Position numbers and translations under genes: made by a program
Shown: piece after piece, positions 23,901-36,462 of the stretch
Position numbering within the stretch: the first letter of the stretch is position 1
Layout: each line of letters begins with the position of its first letter
Notes under the pieces: generated by a model
Told to the model about the DNA's origin: nothing
What the model saw: only the letters and a program-made list of their open reading frames with translations
The model's database searches: none
From: Trichosphaerium sp. ATCC 40318
Lineage: Eukaryota > Protista > Tubulinea
Assembly: GCA_038496445.1 (NCBI GenBank)
Contig: JALMLS010000420.1
Location: forward strand, 708,880 to 772,879
DNA length: 64,000 bases
Direction: 5' to 3'

Positions 23901-25821
23901 ATTGGTCTGGTGAAAAAATTGGCAGGTATGTCTCTGAAACAGTCAGTTTTTGTTTGAATGTTTCTTACTTTTGTTTGACATGTTAATTTTTTTAGAGTGT
24001 TACCTCCTGCAAGAAATATAATATGGAGTCCTGATGGTGAGAATTGTGTCGTTATGTTCACAAAGTTTTTTATTATCCTACAAATAGTGTACGCTTTGTT
24101 TGATATGATTGTATTTGACATTTTTTTGTTGATGTGTTTTTGATCGTTCTGAGCTTTGTTGTTTTGATTTGTTTCGTTTTAGGGACAGCAAGGTTATCTA
24201 TGTTTGTAAGCACCATGACACTATTACATCTGCGTTATGGTCTGATAAGACTTTGATTTATAGTAATGATAATGATATAAAAGCTTGTGCGTTTTTGTTT
24301 TTATCTCTTTTTGTTGTCACTTGAAGGTGTTCTTACTTCCTTTAGACTTTCCACACAAGAAAAAACCTGTTTCAGTAGTATTAAAATCGCGGCACTCAGC
24401 CATTAAAGCATAGTACGTACAGCAATGTTGCTCCTGTTGTAGACTTTATTTTATCTGGTTTCGAAAATGTTTTGACTTTGAAACCAGACCTCCATACCGG
24501 CGGTCTTGGGTTGAGTTCTTAGAAACTGATATTTGTGTTTAGCCATGCTGGTAAAGATTGTAAAGACTTGGAGTGGATTGTTTGTTCTTCTTTAGTCTCA
24601 ATGAATGACAACGTGCGACGATAAACATATGTCTGCTGATTTTTAGTTCTGACTTTTTTCAAAATTTAGACGTTGTTCGTACTTACAGCGAGTCAGAATG
24701 TTATACGGATTGAAGTCAAAAAGCCTTTATATGAATTTTATAGCTTATGCCAAGCTGATAAAGTTGACGAAGCTTTAGAACTGGTAAACCAACACGGCAT
24801 TAATAGTTTTTTTTTTAACTTTTTTTTTTTAGCTTTCTAAAGTTAGTGAAAAGCGACACCCTGAAATATCAGAGTATTTCATAAAGAGAGGGATGCCTCA
24901 ATATATTACACAACTATCAGGGATACCTATAACTGCTAGGGTATGTTACACGTTTGTCAATAATTCCTTTGTTTCTCAGTTTTTTAACCTTTTTCGCATC
25001 TTCAGCTTAAAGTTTGCATTGATCACAAGTTGTATGTAAATATGGCAAAGTCTTTGCTGGAGCCTACAATAGCACATATAAGTCTTTTAAAGCCCAGCGA
25101 GAAACCGAAAGATGAAGTAGTCGCACTTATACTTCAGTTTGCTCAGATAGCTATTAACAACCGAGCAAGAACTACAGCGCTTAAAGTACTTGCAAAAGTT
25201 GCTAGTGTATACCCACCGTACGTGCCTTATTTTATGCCATCATGATGGCAGTTGGTCTCCATGTTGGTTTCTTCTTATTGTTGTTTAGGGCTTACCGTCA
25301 GTTGGTTCTTCTTAAAGTTCAAGGAAAGAGACCAGATTATAGTTTTGTTAAAGAATTGCGAAAGTCTTTGTTGGAAAAAGGGTTTCATGAGGAAGCAAAG
25401 TTTTGTGCTGCTGTTCTTGGGTTTGATGAACTGACAGAGACGTGGGAGAGTAACGGTAAATCACCGTGTTCTGAAGCGTTGTCATTTTTTGGGTGCGAAG
25501 AGATTTACTTTTTTTTTTGTTGTTTTTTTTCTCTTTTTTGGAGATTTCTCCATGTAGTCTTTGAGGGATACAAACCAAAGTTATTGTATGCGAATTGTAT
25601 ATTTTTTTAGATACTTTTTCATTTATCAAACAAATTTTATTGATGTTGTGATGGCTGAAACAAGTCAGTTTTTGTTTTTTTTTTCAAGTCTTTTACGATT
25701 TTTGTTGATTTTTTTTTGATTTAGACAGAGCGATGCAGGTATTGCGCGGTGGAATAAGAATGTAAATGAAAAATACCCAAATGTACCATCAGTGACTTAC
25801 GATAATTCTCATTGCGAATGA
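20945..25821 (+). CDS. WD40/alpha-solenoid subunit of the TSET/TPLATE complex (TWD40-2/TTRAY-like), many introns
   Basis: N-terminus FHPVKQWIAVADENGTVTVWDYEHKLVVF...VRAIRFYDNDVR...AVENRVLIYDYVT parallels plant TWD40-2 as I recall it (HPTHPWLVTAD...VSVWNWEHRQVIY...VKFYDDDVR); also GGPVLGV, FYDWSG, WSPDG. Confidence 0.8.
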
Positions 25822-26412
25822 TTTTTGTGAGCCAAAAAAAAACAAACAAAAAAAAAACCAAAACAAAATCCGTAACAGAAAAAAAAAATACTTTGTAAAT
25901 AAAAGAAATACCAGAAAACTCACAAAATACTTATCAATGCTCAGAAATCTGTGGTTACTCACAACTGGTACTTTTGAAGATTGAATCGTTCAAAGAGGAT
26001 TTTAAATGATCTCAACGTGATCTGGTGGGTCAAAACTGCAAGTTTTTTGTAGTTTATGTAAACACTCCTAATTAATTACTGTTTGAAGTTTTCTTTTCTA
26101 TTTAGCTGAATATAGAGAGGAAGTACCCGTACAATGCCCTTTGTCGTGAGTTTTGGTTTCTCGCGTATGATTACGTTGGCAAAAAAAGGCCCACGGTTTT
26201 AATTTTCAGCGAAAGCCGTTTGCCATCGTTTCTTTGCACCCACGTGGTTAATAGTTGTTATATTACTTTCTATATAGAGATGACGTAGTGTTTAGTCCAC
26301 TTAAAGGAGAGAACCGGCGATTCACGTGACGTCAGAGAAACTTCAACTAAACTAACGTGTGGATAAATTCCAAACCATAAACAAGCATACATCAACTCAA
26401 CAACGTCATCAA

Positions 26413-27020
26413 ATGGCAAGGAGACTATGTACGTTTACTAAAGACCTTAAGAATTTTGTCTGGCCTTTTGTTCTTATCCTTGTACAGTATTTAGAGATCT
26501 AGTAGACAGCGCCAGAAGGAAGGCTGATAAACGAACAATAATCGAAGGCGCATTAAGTATTAGCGTCGAAGACGCTAACAAAGCACGTGATTGTATCCTA
26601 GAAGTAACATTGCGATCCTCTGCCGATACCAGAAGGCGAAAGAAACGTGTACTGAACACATCAACAAAGCAGAGGCAGAGCCCAATCAAAGTAATTTCAA
26701 GCACAGCTGACCTAATGTTTGTCGATTTTAAAGTAAGAAAACGTATAGTTGGTATTAAGAAAACTATTGGTAAGGCTGTGATACACTTGGATGCATTTGG
26801 AGATATGAACAGTGTGTTCACAGGAACTTTTGATATTCCTCTTCGGAACAAGTATAAACTTGGCAATGAAGCACTTCGTGTCAAGATGGTATATGCTCCA
26901 GATAGCGATGTGAGTAATGAAGACCTTGAAAATTTGATAGCTATAAAGAATATAACTACAGATGATGTACCTGTATCAAATAGTAGTGAAGAACTTGACT
27001 TCAGAGAAGCATACTTGTAA
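26413..27020 (+). CDS. Small divergent C2-domain-like protein, copy 1 (one intron)
   Basis: MARRL|LFRDLVDSA...LSISVEDA...FVDFKV...TIGKAVIHL...FDIPL...LRVKMVY; close paralogue at 54126-54718. Confidence 0.75.
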
Positions 27021-27070
27021 AAATAATGTAAACATAAAAAACAACCAATTTGTACTTTTATTTTGTGTAC

Positions 27071-27950
27071 TTATTTGTCGTCCATAGGTACATATCCTTG
27101 TTCTGTAGCATAGTACGTATTACGTTTCTTTTTGTATATGCAGAAAAAGATCAATGCTCCAACTAGAAAAAAGTGTTTTAGATGAAGCAGAGACAGTGTT
27201 TATTATAAGTATGTGAAAAGGTTCATTTCTTGATATTTTTTTGTACGTACCAACTATGATCGTGACAATAATAAGTATAGGAAGTGTTACAGTAAGTGCA
27301 AGCATTTCAGGGTTTAAATATCCATTACAAGTGTATCCAACGCTTTGGTTTTCAATGAAAGACTAGCAACAATGTTATAAAATTGATTACAGTTTAAACT
27401 ATCGCCAGTGCAACGATAAAATAAAGTCATAATGTCATTCTATTATACAAAATCCACCAAAGGATACAATCAGAGACTGTAAAAGATCAAATTGTTTGGC
27501 TTTTTTCATTTTTTTTTTCAAAATAAAAACCTTACCTGAGTATATATAATAGCTGCTCTCATGTCGTCTCTTGTGCATGTTTCAGGTCTACATACAGCAA
27601 GAGATAAACCAACTAACAATTATAAATAAATGACGTTCTTTGAATTGTAGAGTGTAAAAAAACCAAAATACTCACGTCCTGATGCACTTGTTGCTTTTAT
27701 ATGACAAATTCTTCCAGAGCAAGCATCTTCGTATGAATTTGTAGGGCTTGTTTTACATTCTCTTTGGTTTTCTGAATTACACTTAGCAGTGGTAGTTAGT
27801 ATTCGGCAGGTACAGGTGAGCGTAGTGAAGTTTGAATAGTAAAAAGGTTGTTTTGATTTGTACCTTGGTTATTTGAGTGATTATATTAGCTTCGTATTGA
27901 TGCACAACATGGAAAGGCATATTCTAAGGTGGGTAGTAAGGTTAGTGTTG
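27071..27950 (-). CDS. Small type I membrane protein with Cys-rich ectodomain (5' end uncertain)
   Basis: Exons CNSENQREC...CSGRICHI, AVCRPETCT; TM LALTVTLPILIIVTIIVVGALIFFCI; tail KKKRNTYYATEQGYVPMDDK*. Confidence 0.5.
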
Positions 27951-28656
27951 TTAAGAAAAGTTGTTTGTAGTTTGCTTGTCAAAAATGAAGAGGGAGAAGA
28001 GTGCTCCGGGTAAAGTTTGTAGCGTTTGATATTTGGGCAAGGTTTCCACCTTTTTAGGCAATTACTGGTTTGGCAATAAGGTAATGGGTTGTGTCAGTCA
28101 TAGAAGCGACTTGTTGGTTCGTGAACGTATTAGAAAGCAAAGTTTTCACTTCCAGTTTCGAAAAAATGCTCTTTTTGGATAAACGCGCTTGTTATACGTA
28201 CTGAATATGCCAGACGACATTCGTGAGAAATGCCAGGTGTCGAAGCTCCAATAAAGACCAGTTCCGCTAATTAGACGTTATTATAATCATTTCGAGTGGC
28301 TGTATGCTTTAAAACTAATAGTAGGCGTACGTCTGATATCGTTACTCAGAGCGCACGCTAAAAAGCATAAAACTAACGCTGAAAGCGTGATAAAGTTAGA
28401 CATTAAACGTTGCAAAGAAGACACCGATTAATCCTTTTTGGGTTGACAATGCAACGAACAAAGTTGACTCATTAAAAAAAACAGAGAAAAAACTCCACAA
28501 CAAAAAGTTTCTGTCAATAGCTTGAAAATAGGCTATTCTACACTTGTTTGGCATTTAAGATATTTGGTACTTCTCATAAAACTGGTTGGGTGGACGCTGC
28601 TAGAGGCGAACCACTTGAAACATGTGATTTATAAATCCATGTAGAAGCTATGGAAT

Positions 28657-30181
28657 TTATTGTTTAACGTAAGGTCTCCAAGTTTCGCTAATCATTTGAG
28701 TAGCATTCTTCAACTCTTCAGTAGCCATACGGAATTCAAAAGGCTCTGATCCAAGAATTATTCCTTTATCTTCCAGCCAAGAAAACATGCCTTGATCAAA
28801 GAATAAGAACGAACAAATAAAAATTGTAAGAAAAAAAAAAGAAAGTTTCAAACTTACCACTTCCAGCGAACTCAGCAAGAGGGTTTAGTTCAACAACGAA
28901 CACCTAATAGAAGTAATAAATAATATTGTACATGGTAATTAAATTGTAAAACAAGTACTTCAAGGTCATCTAATTTATCAGAACCAGGTGTTTTTTCGAG
29001 AAGCATGAAGTCAATTACAAAGTTGTCCATCTTAACACTACCTATAAGATTTTTTTTCATAAACTCTTGAATAGTCTTTAGTATGTAGTCACGTTGTTTT
29101 ACAAGTATTGGAAAGTAACAGAACTAAAATTATAAGAGTTAGTATTACTAAAGAATGAGGACTTGTAACACGTGTACTTGATTGTATTGAGTGAGTGCTG
29201 TTAATTTGTTTTTGTAAACAAAACCACGGAACTCAAGTTCAGGCTAAATAAAATCAATCATTTGTTCTTCATAACTGGTCTGTAGTTACTTCTGCATACC
29301 TTGAAATCCACGAACTCACGGACAACTACGTTAAAGTCTTTGTTTATTTTCCCTTCTGCATGAAGTGACAAGTCACCTTGAATCCTTGGAAAGATGTCAA
29401 TACGTTAGAAAATCAATTTTAATTACCTTTTACTTTCTATCAACAACTGGACTGCAGCCTCTCCAGATGAAACCCGAAGACCTTTAGTACTTGCAACATA
29501 TAATGCGTGAAGTCGTATATTCTCATCAGTTGTTGTCACACCAGCGTCAGCATACATTTTTGTTAATTGTTTCAGCGCCTATTTTAGAATACGCATGTCA
29601 AAAAAAATCGTAAAAGTACGAGGCCGTACAGCATCAAACAGAGGTTTGAACTTTTCAGCAGTGAGAGCAGCATCCTAGGTACAATGTTAAAAACAATATT
29701 TTGAAAATCGGTTGAGTGTACTTTTGGTGAACGGGAAGAAAGGCGAATGAATATTCCATCAACTCCCAAAGTCGATTTATCTTGCTCAATTTTCTTGGCT
29801 ACAGCCATCAAACACTCTCTTTTCTTCCATGCATCGACTTCACCGCCTTCTATAGTGTAAGGTACTAAGCTAGCAACGACTCAAGTACCTGACAATAATT
29901 TTTTATGTTCTTCTCCAATTGTCTTCGCAGCTTCTTTAGTAAGAGGAAAGAACGTTGATTTGAACGTAAAATCCTTCATTGCGGCATAATACTCTTCAAG
30001 GTATGCATCTTCCATCAAATCCTTGTATTGTTGCTCATCTTCGCATAATTGTATCTATTAGAGTATTATAAACGCAAACTAAGGAAATATGGTGTCGTAC
30101 ATTTACTTTTTGCTTTTTTACAGGCGCTTCTTGCTTTTTTAGCTTATTTTTGTTCTGTTTTAGTTCGTTGAGGAAGCTCAT
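28657..30181 (-). CDS. CDC123/R2K-clade ATP-grasp protein with a WH2-like N-terminus
   Basis: IFIRLSSRSPKD, LLIESKRIQGDL, VVVREF, LEFRGFV, LTALTQY, VIDF, VVELNP, GMFSW; N-terminus MSFLNELKQNKNKLKK. Confidence 0.85.
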
Positions 30182-30315
30182 GATGTTTTGTAGGTTGTTG
30201 AGATAAATTTAGAGCAAGAGGTTAAGTCTTGGTTTTTTAGTGAAACAACAAGAAAAATTAGAAGAATGTAATTGTAAAGTGTTTTCAGTTAATTGTGTAA
30301 CAGCCTCGGATTTGT

Positions 30316-33300
30316 TTAGGTAATCTCATTCAGCGTCACATCCTGAAGATCGTCGTCTGTGCCGATCCAATATTTTAGCTTAGCGATATTCAAGCAGTCA
30401 TCTGGCTACTTTCAATGTAATTTTTTTTGATTTTATGATACAGTGGCTTCAATGTTACTTAAAATTTTTGATTGTAAGGATGACACTTTCTGTAGAGCCT
30501 TTATCAAGTCTGGGTGACTTAATTCAGATACATCTATTTCATCTATTACGTTTTCAACCCTAAGTAGAGCTCAGTTAGCTGTATATTCAGAAAAACAAGT
30601 GTTGGTTGCAACAACGTACTTTTCCAACCAACTCTCAGCATTAGCGGTATTATTTGTTTCCTTCCTCGGTGATTCTGACTTTGATGTTCTTTTCCTATTA
30701 GGCAGAGCGAGCAAGAAACTAAGACTTTGTTAGTGAAGTTGACTTTGACCGAAAAAAACTTTACCTGCTAACAGCTTTCCTTAGTAGAGGATTACTCGGT
30801 ATTACAATTTTACTTTCTGTAGATTCTTTGTGAACATGACTGGCAAGGCCTGCTCGAACTAATAGATATGGGTTATGGAGAGGAGTGTTTGTTTCTTGTA
30901 CCCTTATCTTGGCTGTCAGGGTACCTGTAGAATGAGTTAATAATTGTTTTGGCAGTTGAGTAAGTTTACGCACTTATCCAGTAATGATGCAGCATCATCA
31001 GGTGCCAAAAAAAGCACGCAAGTAGGCGTTGCCTCTACTTTAATAAGGGTGTCTGATTTTATTTGTTGAGCAAACTAACATTGTTAAAAAAATTGTACAA
31101 TACCAGAATAAATTGAGAACCTCAGTTGCTTGGTTCTTTGAATATCCAACGGTATGCTTTAGTAAGTCTACTTCACCAAAGAATTGATCTTCATGTAACT
31201 TGTTTACTGTTTGATGATGTTCTATAACCTATTTGGATGGGTAAAATATGCAACAGGAATAGGAACAGGCTTACCTTAAGTGACCCAATGCCAATGAACA
31301 TTAATGAATTTTCATGTGATCTGTCACGTGCACTCAAAACAAATTGTCGTCTTACATAGCTGTGTATTGTGCATGCTTCAATTAAGTCATTACGAAACTC
31401 TTCTGAACAACTAGAGAAGAAAATAGAGTTCTTCAAAGCCTTTCTCATAGCGTCACCTTTATAAAACAAACCATGTAAGCAAAACTGCTAAACTCTTTTG
31501 GAAATGTAACTAAACTTACGTGATACACGTTGTTGTGCTATAGAACGGAATCGTTCTCTATAAACAAAGAAAATCTTGTGAGAAGCTATGGTGTAGATTA
31601 TGGCACTTACTTTTGTTCAGGGAAGTCAGATAATACTTTACTCAAAGAATCCTTTGATAGAGCATATAAATCACAATAAGCAGTTGCGCGCACTGAGGCA
31701 GTTCGTTTACTATCAAGAAGAAGTACAACCTCTCCAAAGAAGTCACCTGTGCAGATTAGAGCTGAGACACATCTATCATTTCTAATTACCTTCACCCATT
31801 GTAGTGAGTTTGTTGTAGTTCTCATCTAGGACTTCTACAGCACCTCTACTTATAAAAAACATATTTTTTCCGGGATCTCCATAGTTTACTATCCAATCTC
31901 CTGGAGCAAAAATGTGGGTTTTGAGGCGTTTTATAATTGCTTTAATAAAGCCTATACGAAACTATGTTAGTTGATTCCTTTCGAGATGCTTTTGTTTACC
32001 TTCTGAGCATGAGTGAAACAATGGAACTTTCTTTACTATATGACCATTCAAGCACCAATTAATTTCAGTTTTCAAGTGGGTTGGCAACTCTGCTAGTATC
32101 CTCTCGTCATGTTCACCTTGTCTTCTAGATTGCAACTAAACAGTTTTAAGTAATACGCTCTTAATTAAGATATAGCTATTTTTTACGCACGTGATCATAG
32201 TACCTCAAAACTCTTGTTTGAAGTTTTTTAGGTAGTCTTTTATTTGTCATGAAAGATTTAATCTTATCCAATTTATGACGAAATGCAACTTGTTGTTCGT
32301 TCAGATTAGAGATAACCTCAGTTATACCAGCAATTACTATTCAAGTATTAGTAAAATAACATGATTATAAAACGTACTCATAGATGTTATGAAAAGAACA
32401 ACAAAGCACAACGCAAGCATAAAAAAAAGTTCTCTATCTGTTTCTGGTCTTTTAGGTGAACCGCCAACTCTTGTCAAAACATTTGTAGCCCACCAAATAG
32501 CACGCCTATACCAATAATTATTTTCAAAATCCTTACCATAGATATCGAATACATACAAGTATTGTGTTCCAAACGACACGTTTTTCGACGCCAGGGTAGG
32601 TAGAAAATCTGAGCTTCCAAACCCTTCGATGTACGCCATCCTACACTTTAGGTCAACTAGTATAACCACTAGTAGTGCGCACCCATAGTAAGTACATGCC
32701 ATCCAATGTGAAACAAGGAATATGCCGATAAGAACCTTAGCGATCAAGTACTATTGGACATTGTGTCAGAGCAAGTAAGAGTTTGAGTGTAAGTGAAAAC
32801 GCACACGAACTGTTCCACTGGCTTGTATTTCCCATTTTGTTGAGTATACAAACACGTGAGGTAATCTCAATAGCCTTGGCATACGCGCTAGGGTGTGATC
32901 TGGAAGTATGCGTGAGAAGAGAGTGATTTAATAAGCTGACAAAAAAGACATACGCCAATGTCCGCCCCAAATAAATAAATCGAACGGTAAAGATGCCAAT
33001 AAATCTAAGGTGAACCAGTGTTTCAAATAGTGCTATTTCTGTGTGGTTAGATGGATGCACGTTTTCTTTCATGAAGTAAAGAAGGTAATCGAACAACGCT
33101 GTAAGCGGTACTAGTCACGTACTAAAGCAATACTTTTCGAGTCATGTACAGATATGCCTGTTTTTTTGAAAACAGTACGAAAGTTAACGTACAAATCAAT
33201 AGCGAATATTATATCCCTACGCGAAGAGTAAGCGTAACACGCACTCAATAAATTTTAAGATAGTTATTAAAGGATACTGACCCAATATAGTCCACAATTA

Positions 33301-33737
33301 GCATTATAAAGTACGTCCAACCGCTCTGGTGGTTCCAAAGAACTCTAAATCCTAGTCTACCAATGTTAGAATATTTTCTTTTTTTGCTTGTTTCTCCGTA
33401 CCGTAGAGGTACTGTTACGCAGTTATACAGTACAAAGAATGTTACTGTTACACGCCAGAGTATTAGTTTCGACGGTTGAAATGGTCCAGTTAACTACAAG
33501 CGTAAATATGTCGTTACGTTATAACAATACACGTACAAACGATTTTAAAGTTCTTCGAGGTTTTGGCGGTTCTAACAACGCCGGAATGAGTGGTATTTCA
33601 ACATCCTCCCCATTTATGCTCTGGGCACGCTGTGGGCCTTTCAGTTTGGTTACAGACGCCATAAAACCCATGTCTTCCTTTGGGGCTTTCGCTCGCGAAC
33701 GCAGGCTGTACAAGCGATTTCCACGCTCAAGCTGCAT
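30316..33737 (-). CDS. Cyclic-nucleotide-gated/EAG-type cation channel with two cNMP-binding domains
   Basis: S4 LARMPRLLRL, S5 SHWMACTYY, pore WWATNVLTRVGG..P, C-linker LAELPTHLKTEI, CNBD1 GDFFGEV...RTASVRATAYCDL, CNBD2 DQFFGEV. Confidence 0.9.
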
Positions 33738-34838
33738 TACGGCGCTGCAGTTTGTACAGATACAACAATAAAGTTTTTATGGCGATTTCTGACATTCCTT
33801 ATGTGACAAACAATGAAACTTAGACAATTATTTAAACGACAGAGAGTGTATCACGCTGATATCGGTTCGTAAGTGTAGTGCATGCTGTAATAAGAAAAAC
33901 GAGAAAAGTTTCAAAAAAGGAGTTTGAATCTTTCAGATACCTATTGCTAGGGATGTTATGGCAAAACAATATCGTTGAAAAAATCGCAGTTGCACTTTAT
34001 TGAACCAGTTGGCAATAGGATTGGAGATGAAATTAAAACATACCTCTTTGCTACGATACGTTCAACCTTAGTTTTGAAATCAAACGACACCCCACTACAC
34101 CTATAACATGCTTGAATGTTCCAGCTGTAGATGACTTGAGATTGCAGGTTATTGCAGCAGGAGAGCATGCATGGAAACATCATGTCATGTCGTTGGGTGT
34201 TGGTATATGGGGACGTTTCATTAAGTCAACCAAAGACTCCCTAAATCCGCCCCGCTGTGACTAAAAGTGCATGTCTATAGATTATGTGTGTTTGAGGTTA
34301 CCCTGCATTCATTAAGCAGCAGGAGAGCTTAGTCCGAGCTTGCTTTAATTCAAGTTTCTGCGAACGCGTCAAAACAGGTTCAGACGCTGTTCGAGCTGGT
34401 TGTGCTCTTCCTTTTTAGTTGATCCTAAGGCTACAAACAATGGCTTAAGTAGGTTCAATCAGTCTCATACTATTATTTTACGCAATAGGCATCATCGCTT
34501 TGAGAATTGGTTAGAGGATTGACTAACCGAAAAGTTTGCCCGGCATAATAGAATTACACAGATTCGCGTTTTTTAGCATTCAAATACGTTATCAAGTTGG
34601 TTTAGACCATTTGTACGTTTTTTAAATCCAACAACTAGTATCTTTCGTTTAATCGCGTATGAAGTGCTTTTTCGTAATGCCTACAACAAAAATACGCGTG
34701 GAAGCGACCTTAGCTAGGTTCCTCGTATGGTTTTTTGCCGACAGTCGTAAATTTGTTGTCCCGTTTTCTCTTCCAACTTTCGGCAACACGTGTTTGTTTA
34801 GGGCTGTTCTAATTTTACTTTTTAGTCAGACAGTGATC

Positions 34839-36146
34839 ATGGAGTTGCTCTATCTCCCACTTGAGATGATTGTCCAGGTTTTATATAATTTATCTCAGAA
34901 GGAGCGATGTGCAGCAGCACAAGCATGTCGCGCATTGGCGAACACAGTGAAGCAACATTTTATTACGAGACGAAGAATTTTAATCGAGTCAAAAGAAGAC
35001 ATTAAACAAGTCTCAAAGCGCAAGCATTTACTAAAATCAGCAACAGTAGTGTGTTACCGTGAGATACCAGATGACAAAATCTCAAAACTAGCCGGTGTCC
35101 ATACGATATACCTTCAGCTTTGCTGCAACTTAACATCAAAGGGATTAAGTACGCTAGCTGGAGTACACACGATAAATATCGGCGGATGCCCGAAAGTAAC
35201 AGACTCCGGTGTTAAAGCCTTAGCTGGAGTACATTCTCTAACAATGTGGTATTGTCCAAGGATTACTGGAAGTTGCCTCAAGTCGTTATCTGGTGTGCAC
35301 TATATAAACTTAAGTGGTACTAAAGGAAAAAATAAAGGACTTGGAAGCATTGCTAGTGCTCATTCAGTCAACCTTGGCTTTTGTAAGTGGTTATCAGATG
35401 AAGGTGTGTCAATGCTATCAGGCGTTCATACTATTCAAGTTAACTCAACTAATGTAACGGATAAAGGACTAAAGGCATTGAATGGAGTACATACTATAAA
35501 TGTTGGAATTTGTAGGAATATAACATCAAAAGGTGTTGCTGCTCTTGCTGGAGTTCATGCTATATACTTACAACATTGTATCCATATTACAGACAATGCC
35601 ATAATACCATTAGCTGGAGTACATACGATAAATCTTGCCTGTTGTGACAAGATAACAGATAGAGGCATTTCTGCGCTTGCTGGTGTTCATTCAATAGATC
35701 TGACAAGATGTACAAAAATAACTAGCAAGGGAGTCAACTCATTACATGGTGTTCATTATATTTCACTCCGTGGATGTCATAGAGTTACTGATGAAGGTAT
35801 ATCAGCTTTAGCTGGTGTACATACAATAGATTTGGCCAATTGCAAAAGAGTCTCTGATGTTGGAATTAAAAAACTTTCGGGTGTTCATATCATCGATCTT
35901 ATTGGCACAAAAGTGACTGATGATGGCTTAATGAGTCTTGCTGGTGTACATACAATTAAACTTACAGGTAATGAGCATATTACAGATAAAGGTATCGCCT
36001 CTCTTAGCGGTGTACACACTATCTTTATTGCGTACTGTCCGAAAGTAACAAAAAAAGGTGTAAACGCTCTTGTTAATGTGCATGCTGTCCACAGTAACAA
36101 GCTTCTTTTGAAAGTAAGTGCTGGAAGAAATAAATCAATTGTATAG
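34839..36146 (+). CDS. F-box/LRR protein with about 16 short (21-22 aa) AGVH-type LRRs, intronless CDS
   Basis: F-box LLYLPLEMIVQVLYNL...AQACR; repeats LAGVHTIxLxxCxxITDxGxxA. Confidence 0.92.
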   Translation: MELLYLPLEMIVQVLYNLSQKERCAAAQACRALANTVKQHFITRRRILIESKEDIKQVSKRKHLLKSATVVCYREIPDDKISKLAGVHTIYLQLCCNLTSKGLSTLAGVHTINIGGCPKVTDSGVKALAGVHSLTMWYCPRITGSCLKSLSGVHYINLSGTKGKNKGLGSIASAHSVNLGFCKWLSDEGVSMLSGVHTIQVNSTNVTDKGLKALNGVHTINVGICRNITSKGVAALAGVHAIYLQHCIHITDNAIIPLAGVHTINLACCDKITDRGISALAGVHSIDLTRCTKITSKGVNSLHGVHYISLRGCHRVTDEGISALAGVHTIDLANCKRVSDVGIKKLSGVHIIDLIGTKVTDDGLMSLAGVHTIKLTGNEHITDKGIASLSGVHTIFIAYCPKVTKKGVNALVNVHAVHSNKLLLKVSAGRNKSIV

Positions 36147-36462
36147 AAGTTAGGGTGGTCAACTATTCGTCATTATTCGACTTACAGTTTGGCAATTTTT
36201 TCAAACACAAGTCTTTTTTGAAATTTTTCACTGTAGTTCTTGCAACCTAAACTGGCCTTTTACAATCAGTTTCATCCTCTGCATGATGCACAACAAATAT
36301 CAAGGCTATTGACAGTATTTAAGATCCCTAAAACACATATTGTGTCTCATGAACACCTCGACAATAGAAATAATCTGTTCAGGATAAAAATTGAAAAACA
36401 GTGTTTATTTTTGCAGAATAAAAGTCAACGGTATTTTCGTAACGCCGTTTCACCTCATAATA

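Noticed and set aside
26474-26884. Antisense ORF conserved in both C2-like copies (also 54172-54618)
   Set aside because: Expected by-product of a recent duplication; the opposite strand has the ATG, intron and protein-like composition
33800-34600. Repeated GCAGCAGGAGAGC 13-mer and short ORFs
   Set aside because: Only two copies with no structure or coherent gene model; possibly decayed coding DNA but unsupported
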